From Lingula anatina (lineage: Eukaryota > Animalia > Brachiopoda): 64,000 nucleotides of DNA. The translations under genes and the position numbers were made by a program. The stretch covers positions 2,178,954 to 2,242,953 of the forward strand of contig CM120644.1 in NCBI GenBank assembly GCA_051362555.1. Direction: 5' to 3'. Below are positions 29,288 through 42,700 of this stretch, piece by piece. How positions within the stretch are numbered: position 1 is the stretch's first letter; each line of letters starts with the position of its first letter. Under the pieces are notes generated by a model. That model searched no databases. It worked only from the letters and a program-made list of their open reading frames with translations, and was not told the origin of the DNA.

Positions 29288-31489
29288 ACAAACTACAGGT
29301 GAAGGTGATACGTCTGCCCCTACAAAAACGACGTCTACTGTGAAAACTACAGGTGAAGGTGATACCTCTGCCCCTACAACAACGACATCTATTGTACAAA
29401 CTACAGGTGAAGGTAATACGTTTGCTCCTTCAACAACGACGTCTACTGTAAAAACTACAGGTGAAGGTGATACCTCTGCCCCCAAAAAAACGACAACTAC
29501 TGTAAAAACTACAGGTGAAGGTGATACCTCTGCCCCTCCAACAACGACGTCTACTGTGAAAACTACAGGTGAAGGTGATACCTCTGCCCCTACAACAACG
29601 ACGTCTACTGTGAAAACTACAGGTGGAGGTGATACCTCTGCCTCTTCTACAACTACGTCTACTGTACAAACTACAGGTGAAGGTGATACCTCAGCCACTA
29701 CAACAACGACGTCTTCTGTAAAAACTACAGGTGAAGCTTATACCTCAGCCCCTACAACAACGACGTCTTCTGTAAAAACAACAGGTGAAGGTGATACCTC
29801 TGCCCCCACAACAACAACGTCTACTGTAAAAACTACAGGTGAAGGTGAAACCTCTGCCCCTACAACAACGACGTCTACTGTACAAACTACAGGTGAAGGT
29901 GATACCTCTGCCCCAACAACAACGACGTCTGTTACTACTGTTCAAACTACAGGTGAAGGTGATACCTCTGCCCCTACAACAACGACATCTACTGTAAAAA
30001 CTACAGGTGAAGGTGATACCTCTACCCCTACAACAACGACGTCTACTATACAAACTACAGGTGAAGGTGATACCTCTGCCCCTACAACAACGACGTCTAC
30101 TGTGAAAACTACAGGTGAAGGTGATACCTCTGACCCTACAACAACAACGTCTACTGTACAAACTACAGGTGAAGGTGATACCTCTGCCCCTACAACAACG
30201 ACGTCTGTTACTACTGTACAAACTACAGGTGAAGGTGATACCTCTGCCCCTACAACAACGACATCTACTGTAAAAACTACAGGTGAAGGTGATACCTCTA
30301 CCCCTACAACAACAACGTCTACTGTACAAACTACAGGTGAAGGTGATACCTCTGCCCCTACAACAACGACGTCTACTGTGAAAACTACAGGTGAAGGTGA
30401 TACCTCTGCCCCTACAACAACGACGTCTACTGTGAAAACTACAGGTGAAGGTGATACCTCTGCCCCTCCAACAACGACGTCTACTGTGAAAACTACAGGT
30501 GAAGGTGATACCTCTGCCCCTACAACAACGACTTCTACTGTAAAAACTACAGTTGAAGGTGATACTTCTGCCCCTACAACAACGACGTCTACTGTGAAAA
30601 CTATAGGTGGAGGTGATACCTCTGACTCTTCTACAACTACGTCTACTGTGAAAACTACAGGTGAAGGTGATACCTCTGCCCCTACAACAACGACGTCTAC
30701 TGTGAAAACTACAGGTGAAGGTGATACCTCTGCCCTTACAACAACGACGTCTACTGTGAAAACTACAGGTGAAGGTGATACCTCTGCCCCTACAACAATG
30801 ACGTCTTTTACTACTGTACAAACTACAGGTGAAGGAGATACCTCTGCCCCAACAACAACGACGTCTGTTACTACTGTACAAACTACATGTGAAGGTGAAA
30901 CCTCTGCCCCTACAACAACAACGTCCACTGTGAAAACTACAGGTGAAGGTGATACCTCTGTCCCTACAACAACGACGTCTATTGTAAAAACTACAGGTGA
31001 AGGTGATACCTCTGCCCCTACAACAACGACGTCTACTGTGAAAACTACAGGTGAATGTGATAGCTCTGCCCCTACAACAACGACGTCTACTGTACAAACT
31101 ACAGGTGAAGGTGATACCTCTGCCCCTACAACAACGACGTCTACTGTAAAACCTACAGGTGAAGGTGATACCTCTGCCCCTACAACAACGACGTCTACTA
31201 TGAAAACTACAGGTGAAGGTGATACCTCTGCCCCTACGACAACGACGTCTACTGTACAAACGACAGGTGAAGGTGATACCTCTGCCCCAACAACAACGAC
31301 GTATGTTACTACTGTACAAACTACAGGTGAAGGTGATACCTCTGCCCCTACAACAACGATGTCTTCTGTAAAAACTACAGGTGAAGGTTATACCTCTGCC
31401 CCTACAACAACGACGTCTATTGTACAAACTACAGGTGAAGGTGATACCTCTGCCCCCACAGCAACAACGTCTACTGTAAAAACTACAGG

Positions 31490-34400
31490 TGAAGGTGATA
31501 CCTCTGCCCCAACAACAACGACGTCTGTTACTACTGTACGAAATGCAGGTGAAGGTGATACCTCTGCCCCTACAACAACGACATCTACTGTAAAACGTAC
31601 AGGTGAAGGTGATACCTCTACCCCTACAAAACGACGTCTACTGTAAAAACTACAGGTGAAGATGATACCTCTGCCCCTACAACAACGACGTCTACTGTAA
31701 AAACTACAGGTGAAGGTGATACCTCTGCCCCTACAACAACGACGTCTACTGTGAAAACTACAGGTGAAGGTGATACCTCTGCCCCTACAACAACGACGTC
31801 TACTGTGAAAACTACAGGTGAAGGTGATACCTCTGCCCCTACAAAAACGACTTCTACTGTGAAAACTACATGTGAAGGTGATGCCTCTGCCCCTACAACA
31901 ACGACGTCTACTGTGAAAACTACAGGTGAAGGTGATACCTCTGCCCCTACAACAACGACGTCTACTGTGAAAACTACAGGTGAAGGTGATACCTCTGCCC
32001 CTCCAACAACGACGTCTACTGTGAAAACTACAGGTGAAGGTGATACCTCTGCCCCTACAACAACGACTTCTACTGTAAAAACTACAGTTGAAGGTGATAC
32101 TTCTGCCCCTACAACAACGACGTCTACTGTGAAAACTACAGGTGGAGGTGATACCTCTGACTCTTCTACAACTACGTCTACTGTGAAAACTACAGGTGAA
32201 GGTGATACCTCTGCCCCTACAACAACGACGTCTACTGTGAAAACTACAGGTGAAGGTGATACCTCTGCCCTTACAACAACGACGTCTACTGTGAAAACTA
32301 CAGGTGAAGGTGATACCTCTGCCCCTACAACAATGACGTCTTTTACTACTGTACAAACTACAGGTGAAGGAGATACCTCTGCCCCAACAACAACGACGTC
32401 TGTTACTACTGTACAAACTACATGTGAAGGTGAAACCTCTGCCCCTACAACAACAACGTCCACTGTGAAAACTACAGGTGAAGGTGATACCTCTGTCCCT
32501 ACAACAACGACGTCTATTGTAAAAACTACAGGTGAAGGTGATACCTCTGCCCCTACAACAACGACGTCTACTGTGAAAACTACAGGTGAATGTGATAGCT
32601 CTGCCCCTACAACAATGACGTCTACTGTACAAACTACAGGTGAAGGTGATACCTCTGCCCCTACAACAACGACGTCTACTGTAAAAACTACAGGTGAAGG
32701 TGATACCTCTGCCCCTACAACAACGACGTCTACTATGAAAACTACAGGTGAAGGTGATACCTCTGCCCCTACGACAACGACGTCTACTGTACAAACGACA
32801 GGTGAAGGTGATACCTCTGCCCCAACAACAACGACGTATGTTACTACTGTACAAACTACAGGTGAAGGTGATACCTCTGCCCCAACAACAACGACGTCTG
32901 TTACTACTGTACGAAATGCAGGTGAAGGTGATACCTCTGCCCCTACAACAACGACATCTACTGTAAAACGTACAGGTGAAGGTGATACCTCTACCCCTAC
33001 AAAACGACGTCTACTGTAAAAACTACAGGTGAAGATGATACCTCTGCCCCTACAACAACGACGTCTACTGTAAAAACTACAGGTGAAGGTGATACCTCTG
33101 CCCCTACAACAACGACGTCTACTGTGAAAACTACAGGTGAAGGTGATACCTCTGCCCCTACAACAACGACGTCTACTGTGAAAACTACAGGTGAAGGTGA
33201 TACCTCTGCCCCTACAAAAACGACTTCTACTGTGAAAACTACATGTGAAGGTGATGCCTCTGCCCCTACAACAACGACGTCTACTGTGAAAACTACAGGT
33301 GAAGGTGATACCTCTGCCCCTACAACAACGACGTCTACTGTGAAAACTACAGGTGAAGGTGATACCTCTGCCCCTCCAACAACGACGTCTACTGTGAAAA
33401 CTACAGGTGAAGGTGATACCTCTGCCCCTACAACAACGACTTCTACTGTAAAAACTACAGTTGAAGGTGATACTTCTGCCCCTACAACAACGACGTCTAC
33501 TGTGAAAACTACAGGTGGAGGTGATACCTCTGACTCTTCTACAACTACGTCTACTGTGAAAACTACAGGTGAAGGTGATACCTCTGCCCCTACAACAACG
33601 ACGTCTACTGTGAAAACTACAGGTGAAGGTGATACCTCTGCCCTTACAACAACGACGTCTACTGTGAAAACTACAGGTGAAGGTGATACCTCTGCCCCTA
33701 CAACAATGACGTCTTTTACTACTGTACAAACTACAGGTGAAGGAGATACCTCTGCCCCAACAACAACGACGTCTGTTACTACTGTACAAACTACATGTGA
33801 AGGTGAAACCTCTGCCCCTACAACAACAACGTCCACTGTGAAAACTACAGGTGAAGGTGATACCTCTGTCCCTACAACAACGACGTCTATTGTAAAAACT
33901 ACAGGTGAAGGTGATACCTCTGCCCCTACAACAACGACGTCTACTGTGAAAACTACAGGTGAATGTGATAGCTCTGCCCCTACAACAATGACGTCTACTG
34001 TACAAACTACAGGTGAAGGTGATACCTCTGCCCCTACAACAACGACGTCTACTGTAAAAACTACAGGTGAAGGTGATACCTCTGCCCCTACAACAACGAC
34101 GTCTACTATGAAAACTACAGGTGAAGGTGATACCTCTGCCCCTACGACAACGACGTCTACTGTACAAACGACAGGTGAAGGTGATACCTCTGCCCCAACA
34201 ACAACGACGTATGTTACTACTGTACAAACTACAGGTGAAGGTGATACCTCTGCCCCAACAACAACGACGTCTGTTACTACTGTACGAAATGCAGGTGAAG
34301 GTGATACCTCTGCCCCTACAACAACGACATCTACTGTAAAACGTACAGGTGAAGGTGATACCTCTACCCCTACAAAACGACGTCTACTGTAAAAACTACA

Positions 34401-34560
34401 GGTGAAGATGATACCTCTGCCCCTACAACAACGACGTCTACTGTAAAAACTACAGGTGAAGGTGATACCTCTGCCCCTACAACAACGACGTCTACTGTGA
34501 AAACTACAGGTGAAGGTGATACCTCTGCCCCTACAACAACGACGTCTACTGTGAAAACTA
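31490..34560 (+). repeat. Higher-order tandem repeat, period 1373 bp (carries the type-B frameshift three times)
   Basis: ORFs start at 31751, 33124 and 34497. The 422-aa ORFs 31751..33019 and 33124..34392 are identical. Boundaries approximate. Confidence 0.88.
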
Positions 34561-36758
34561 CAGGTGAAGTTGATACCTCTGCCCCTACAAAAACGACTTC
34601 TACTGTGAAAACTACATGTGAAGGTGATGCCTCTGCCCCTACAACAACGACGTCTACTGTTAAAACTACAGGTGAAGGTGATACCTCTGCCCCTACAACA
34701 ATGACGTCTACTGTAAAAACTACAGGTGAAGGTGATACCTCTGCCCCTACAACAACGACGTCTGTTACTACTGTACAAACTACAGGTGAAGGTGATACGT
34801 ATGCCCCTACAACAACGACGTCTACTGTGAAAACTACAGGTGAAGGTGATACCTCTGCCCCTACAACAACGACATCTACTGTACAAACTACAGGTGAAGG
34901 TAGTAGGTTTGCTCCTTCAACAACGACGTCTACTGTTAAAACTACAGGTGGAGGTGATACCTCTGCCTCTTCTACAACTACGTCTACTGTACAAACTACA
35001 GGTGAAGGTGATACCTCAGCCCCTACAACAACGACGTCTTCTGTAAAAACTACAGGTGAAAGTTATACCTCAGCCCCTACAACAACGACGTCTTCTGTAA
35101 AAACTACAGGCGAAGGTGATACCTCTGCCCCCACAACATCAACGTCTACTGTAAAAACTACAGGTGAAGGTGAAACCTCTGCCCCTAGAACAACGACGTC
35201 TACTGTACAAACTACAGGTGAAGGTGATACCTCTGCACCTACAACAACGACATCTACTGTAAAAACTACAGGTGAAGGTGATACCTCTACCCCTACAACA
35301 ACGATGTCTACTGTGAAAACTACAGGGGAAGGTGATACCTCTGCCCCTACAACAACGACGTCTACTGTGAAAACTACAGGTGAAGGTGATACCTCTGCCC
35401 TTACAACAACGACGTCTACTGTGAAAACTACAGGTGAAGGTGATACCTCTGCCCCTACAACAATGACGTCTGTTACTACTGTACAAACTACAGGTGAAGG
35501 TGAAACCTCTGCCTCTACAACAACGACGTCTACTGTACAAACTACAGGTGAAGGTGATACCTCTGCCCCTACAACAACGACGTCTACTGTGAAAACTACA
35601 GGTGAAGGTGATACCTCTGCCCCTACAACAACGACGTCTACTGTTAAAACTACAGGTGAAGGTGATACCTTTGCCCCTACAACAACGACATCCACTGTGA
35701 AAACTACAGGTGAAGGTGATACCTCTGCCCCTACAACAACGACGTCTACTGTACAAACTTCAGGTGAGGGTGATACCTCTGCCCCTACAACAATGACGTC
35801 TACTGTAAAAACTACAGGTGAAGGTGATACCTCTGCCCCTACAACAACGACGTCTGTTACTACTGTACAAACTACAGGTGAAAGTGATACCTCTGCCTCT
35901 ACAACAACGACGTCTACTGTACAAACTACAGGTGAAGGTGATACGTCTGCCCCTACAACAACGATGTCTACTGTGAAAACTACAGGTGAAGGTTATATCT
36001 CAGCCCCTACAACAACGACGTCTTCTGTAAAAACTACAGGTGAAGGTGATACCTCTGCCCCCACAACAACAAAGTCTACTGTAAAAACTACAGGTGAAGG
36101 TGAAACCTCTGCCCCTACAACAACGACGTCTACTGTACAAACTACAGGTGAAGGTGATACCTATGCCCCAACAACACCGACGTCTGTTACTACTGTTCAA
36201 ACTACAGGTGAAGGTGATACCTCTGCCCCTACAACAACGACATCTACTGTACAAACTACAGGTGAAGGTGATACCTCTGCCCCCACAACAACAAAGTCTA
36301 TTGTAAAAACTACAGGTGAAGGTGAAACCTCTGCCCCTACAACAACGACGTCTACTGTACAAACTACAGGTGAAGGTGATACCTCTGCCCCAACAACACC
36401 GACGTCTGTTACTACTGTTCAAACTACAGGTGAAGGTGATACCTCTGCCCCTACAACAACGACATCTACTGTACAAACTACAGGTGAAGATGATAATTCT
36501 GCCCCTACAACAACGACGTCTACTGTAAAAACTACAGGTGAAGGTGATACCTCTGCCCCTACAACAACGACGTCTACTGTGAAAACTACAGGTGAAGGTG
36601 ATACCTCTGCCCCAACAACAACGACGTCTACTGTGAAAACTACAGGTGAAGGTGATACCTCTGCCCTTACAACAACGACTTCTACTGTGAAAACTACAGG
36701 TGAAGGTGATGCCTCTGCCCCTACAAAAACGACTTCTACTGTGAAAACTACAGGTTAA

Positions 36759-39700
36759 GGTGATGCCTCTGCCCCTACAAAAACGACGTCTACTGTGAAA
36801 ACTACAGGTGAAGGTGATGCCTCTGCCCCTACAACAACGACGTCTACTGTTAAAACTACAGGTGAAGGTGATACCTCTGCCCCTACAACAACGACGTCTA
36901 CTGTGAAAACTACAGGTGAAGGTGATACCTCTGCCCCTACAACAACGACGTCTACTGTACAAACTACAGGTGAAGGTGATACCTCTGCCCCTACAACAAC
37001 GACGTCTGTTACTACTGTACAAACTACAGGTGAAGGTGATACCTCTGCCCCTACAACAACGATGTCTACTGTAAAAACTACAGGTGAAGGTGATACGTCT
37101 GCCCCTACAACAACGACGTCTACTGTGAAAACTACAGGTGAAGGTGATACCTCTGCCCCTACAACAACGACATCTATTGTACAAACTACAGGTGAAGGTA
37201 ATACGTTTGCTCCTTCAACAACTACGTCTACTGTAAAAACTACAGGTGAAGGTGATACCTCTGCCCCCACAAAAACGACTTCTACTGTAAAAACTACAGG
37301 TGAAGGTGATACCTCTGCCCCTCCAACAACGACGTCTACTGTGAAAACTACAGGTGAAGGTGATACCTCTGCCCCTACAACAACGACGTCTACTGTGAAA
37401 ACTACAGGTGGAGGTGATACCTCTGCCTCTTCTACAACTACGTCTACTGTACAAACTACAGGTGAAGGTGATACCTCAGCCACTACAACAACGACGTCTT
37501 CTGTAAAAACTACAGGTGAAGCTTATACCTCAGCCCCTACAACAACGACGTCTTCTGTAAAAACAACAGGTGAAGGTGATACCTCTGCCCCCACAACAAC
37601 AACGTCTACTGTAAAAACTACAGGTGAAGGTGAAACCTCTGCCCCTACAACAACGACGTCTACTGTACAAACTACAGGTGAAGGTGATACCTCTGCCCCA
37701 ACAACAACGACGTCTGTTACTACTGTTCAAACTACAGGTGAAGGTGATACCTCTGCCCCTACAACAACGACATCTACTGTAAAAACTACAGGTGAAGGTG
37801 ATACCTCTACCCCTACAACAACGACGTCTACTATACAAACTACAGGTGAAGGTGATACCTCTGCCCCTACAACAACGACGTCTACTGTGAAAACTACAGG
37901 TGAAGGTGATACCTCTGACCCTACAACAACAACGTCTACTGTACAAACTACAGGGGAAGGTGATACCTCTGCCCCTACAACAACGACGTTTGTTACTACT
38001 GTACAAACTACAGGTGAAGGTGATACCTCTGCCCCTACAACAACGACATCTACTGTAAAAACTACAGGTGAAGGTGATACCTCTACCCCTACAACAACAA
38101 CGTCTACTGTACAAACTACAGGTGAAGGTGATACCTCTGCCCCTACAACAACGACGTCTACTGTGAAAACTACAGGTGAAGGTGATACCTCTGCCCCTAC
38201 AACAACGACGTCTACTGTGAAAACTACAGGTGAAGGTGATACCTCTGCCCCTCCAACAACGACGTCTACTGTGAAAACTACAGGTGAAGGTGATACCTCT
38301 GCCCCTACAACAACGACTTCTACTGTAAAAACTACAGTTGAAGGTGATACTTCTGCCCCTACAACAACGACATCTTCTGTGAAAACTACAGGTGGAGGTG
38401 ATACCTCTGACTCTTCTACAACTACGTCTACTGTGAAAACTACAGGTGAATTTGATACCTCTGCCCCTACAACAACGACGTCTACTGTGAAAACTACAGG
38501 TGAAGGTGATACCTCTGCCCTTACAACAACGACGTCTACTGTGAAAACTACAGGTGAAGGTGATACCTCTGCCCCTACAACAATGACGTCTTTTACTACT
38601 GTACAAACTACAGGTGAAGGAGATACCTCTGCCCCAACAACAACGACGTCTGTTACTACTGTACAAACTACATGTGAAGGTGAAACCTCTGCCTCTATAA
38701 CAACGACGTCTACTGTACAAACTACAGGTGAAGGTGATACTTCTGCCCCTACAACAACGACGTCTACTGTGAAAACTACAGGTGAAGGTGATACCTCTGC
38801 CCCTACAACAACGACGTCTACTGTTAAAACTACAGGTGAAGGTGATACCTCTGCCCCTACAACAACGACATCCACTGTGAAAACTACAGGTGAAGGTGAT
38901 ACCTCTGCCCCTACAACAACGACGTCTACTGTACAAACTTCAGGTGAAGGTGATACCTCTGCCCCTACAACAATGACGTCTACTGTAAAAACTACAGGTG
39001 AAGGTGATACCTCTGCCCCTACAACAACGACGTCTGTTACTACTGTACAAACTACAGGTGAAAGTGATACCTCTGCCTCTACAACAACGACGTCTACTGT
39101 ACAAACTACAGGTGAAGGTGATACGTCTGCCCCTACAACAACGACGTCTACTGTGAAAACTACAGGTGAAGGTGATACCTCTGCCCCTACAACAACGACA
39201 TCTACTGTACAAACTACAGGTGAAGGTAATACGTTTGCCCCTACAACAACGACGTCTACTGTAAAAACTACAGGTGAAGGTGATACCTCTACCCCTACAA
39301 CAACGACGTCTACTGTACAAACTACAGGTGAAGGTGATACCTCTGCCCCTACAACAACGACGTCTACTGTGAAAACTACAGGTGAAGGTGATACCTCTGC
39401 CCCTACAACAACGACGTCTACTGTGAAAACTACAGGTGAAGGTGATACCTCTGCCCCTACAACAATGACGTCTACTGTTAAAACTACAGGTGAAGGTGAT
39501 ACCTCTGCCCCTACAACAACGACTTCTACTGTGAAAACTACAGGTGAAGGTGATACCTCTGCCCCTACAACAACGACGTCTACTGTGAAAACTACAGGTG
39601 AAGGTGATACCTCTGCCCCTACAACAACGACGTCTGTTACTACTGTACAAACTACATGTGAAGGTGAAACCTCTGCCTCTATAACAACGACGTCTACTGT

Positions 39701-42700
39701 ACAAACTACAGGTGAAGGTGATACTTCTGCCCCTACAACAACGACGTCTACTGTGAAAACTACAGGTGAAGGTGATACCTCTGCCCCCACAACAACAACG
39801 TCTACTGTACAAACTACAGGTGAAGGTGATACCTCTGCCCCTACAACAACGACATCTACTGTAAAAACTACAGGTGAAGGTGATACCTCTACCCCTACAA
39901 CAACGACGTCTACTGTACAAACTACAGGTGAAGGTGATACCTCTTCCCCTACAACAACGACGTCTACTGTGAAAACTACAGGTGAAGGTGATACCTCTGA
40001 CCCTACAACAACAACGTCTCCTGTACAAACTACAGGTGAAGGTGATACCTCTGCCCCTACAACAACGACGTCTGTTACTACTGTACAAACTACAGGTGAA
40101 GGTGAGACCTCTGCCCCTACAACAACGACATCTACTGTAAAAACTACAGGTGAAGGTGATACCTCTACCCCTACAACAACAACGTCTACTGTAAAAACTA
40201 AAGGTGAAGGTGATACCTCTACCCCTACAACAACGACGTCTACTGTAAAAACTAAAGGTGAAGGTGATACCTCTTCCCCTACAACAACGACGTCTACTGT
40301 GAAAACTACAGGTGAAGGTGATACCTCTGCCCCTACAACAACAACGTCTACTGTACAAACTACAGGTGAAGGTGATACCTCTGCCCCTACAACAACGACG
40401 TCTACTGTGAAAACTACAGGTGAAGGTGATACCTCTGCCCCTACAACAATGACGTCTACTGTTAAAACTACAGGTGAAGGTGATACCTCTGCCCCTACAA
40501 CAACGACTTCTACTGTGAAAACTACAGGTGAAGGTGATACCTCTGCCCCTACAACAACGACGTCTACTGTGAAAACTACAGGTGAAGGTGATACCTCTGC
40601 CCCTACAACAACGACGTCTATTGTGAAAACTACAGGTGAAGGTGATACCTCTGCCCCTACAACAACGACATCCACTGTGAAAACTACAGGTGAAGTTGAT
40701 ACGTCTGCCCCTACAACAACGACGTCTACTGTAAAAACTACAGGTGAAGGTGATACCTCTGCCCCCACAACAACAACGTCTACTGTAAAAACTACAGGTG
40801 AAGGTGAAACATCTGTCCCTACAACGACAACGTCTACTGTACAAACTACAGGTGAAGGCGATACCTCTGCCTACACAACAACAACGTCTGTTACTACTGT
40901 ACAAACTACAGGTGAAGGTGATACCTCTGCCCCTACAACAATGACATCTACTGTAAAAACTACAGGTGAAGGTGATACCTCTACCCCTACAACAACGACG
41001 TCTACTGTACAAACTACAGGTGAAGGTGATACCTCTGCCCCAACAACAACGACGTCTGTTACTACTGTTCAAACTACAGGTGAAGGTGATACCTCTGCCC
41101 CTACAACAACGACATCTACTGTAAAAACTACAGGTGAAGGTGATACCTCTACCCCTACAACAACGACGTCTACTGTACAAACTACAGGTGAAGGTGATAC
41201 CTCTGCCCCTACAACAACGACGTCTACTGTGAAAACTACAGGTGAAGGTGATACCTCTGACCCTACAACAACAACGTCTACTGTACAAACTACAGGTGAA
41301 GGTGATACCTCTGCCCCTACAACAACGACGTCTGTTACTACTGTACAAACTACAGGTGAAGGTGATACCTCTGCCCCTACAACAACGACATCTACTGTAC
41401 AAACTACAGGTGAAGGTGATACCTCTGCCCCTACAACAACAACGTCTACTGTACAAACTACAGGTGAAGGTGATACCTCTGCCCCTACAACAACGACATC
41501 TACTGTAAAAACTACAGGTGAAGGTGATACCTCTACCCCTACAACAACAACGTCTACTGTACAAACTACAGGTGAAGGTGATACCTCTGCCCCTACAACA
41601 ACGACGTCTACTGTGAAAACTACAGGTGAAGGTGATACCTCTGCCCCTACAACAACGACGTCTACTGTGAAAACTACAGGTGAAGGTGATACCTCTGACT
41701 CTTCTACAACTACGTCTACTGTACAAACTACAGGTGAAGGTGATACCTCTGACTCTTCTACAACTACGTCTACTGTACAAACTACAGGTGAAGGTGATAC
41801 CTCAGCCCCTACAACAACGACGTCTTCTGTAAAAACTACAGGTGAAGGTTATACCTCAGCCCCTACAAGAACGACGTCTTCTGTAAAAACTACAGGCGAA
41901 GGTGATACCTCTGCCCCCACAACATCAACGTCTACTGTAAAAACTACAGGTGAAGGTGAAACCTCTGCCCCTACAACAACGACGTCTACTGTACAAACTA
42001 CAGGTGAAGGTGATACCTCTGCCCCAACAACAACGACGTCTACTGTGAAAACTACTGGTGAAGGTGATACCTCTACCCCTACAACAACGACGTCTACTGT
42101 GAAAACTACAGGTGAAGGTGATACCTCTGCCCCAACAACAACGACGTCTGTTACTACTGTTCAAACTACAGGTGAAGGTGATACCTCTGCCCCTACAACA
42201 ACGACATCTACTGTAAAAACTACAGGTGAAGGTGATACCTCTACCCCTACAACAACGACGTCTACTGTGAAAACTACAGGTGAAGGTGATACCTCTGCCC
42301 CTACAACAACAACGTCTACTGTACAAACTACAGGTGAAGGTGATACCTCTGCCCCTACAACAACGACATCTACTGTAAAAACTACAGGTGAAGGTGATAC
42401 CTCTACCCCTACAACAACAACGTCTACTGTACAAACTACAGGTGAAGGTGATACCTCTGCCCCTACAACAACGACGTCTACTGTGAAAACTACAGGTGAA
42501 GGTGATACCTCTGCCCCTACAACAACGACGTCTACTGTGAAAACTACAGGTGAAGGTGATACCTCTGCCCCTCCAACAACGACGTCTACTGTGAAAACTA
42601 CAGGTGAAGGTGATACCTCTGCCCCTACAACAACGACTTCTACTGTAAAAACTACAGTTGAAGGTGATACTTCTGCCCCTACAACAACGACATCTTCTGT

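Larger units (their letters stand above)
11982..36758 (+). pseudogene. ORF-disrupted central segment of the PTS array (9 frameshifts, 3 nonsense codons): pseudogenised allele, untranslated segment or spliced-out segment
   Basis: 1-bp G deletions (GAAGTTATAACTCT vs GAAGGTTATACCTCT) at about 11982, 15161, 19060, 20811, 27110 and 28861. 1-bp A deletions (A5 to A4) at 31628-31631, 33001-33004 and 34374-34377. CAA>TAA at 17023-17025 and 18391-18393. GAA>TAA at 36756-36758. Confidence 0.6.

Noticed and set aside
11982-34377. Frameshift copy numbers (6 and 3) are multiples of three, so the 5' and 3' clean blocks are in the same genomic frame
   Set aside because: Each shift meets a stop within about 100 bp, so the net compensation cannot rescue translation. 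It is easily coincidence (about 1 in 9).
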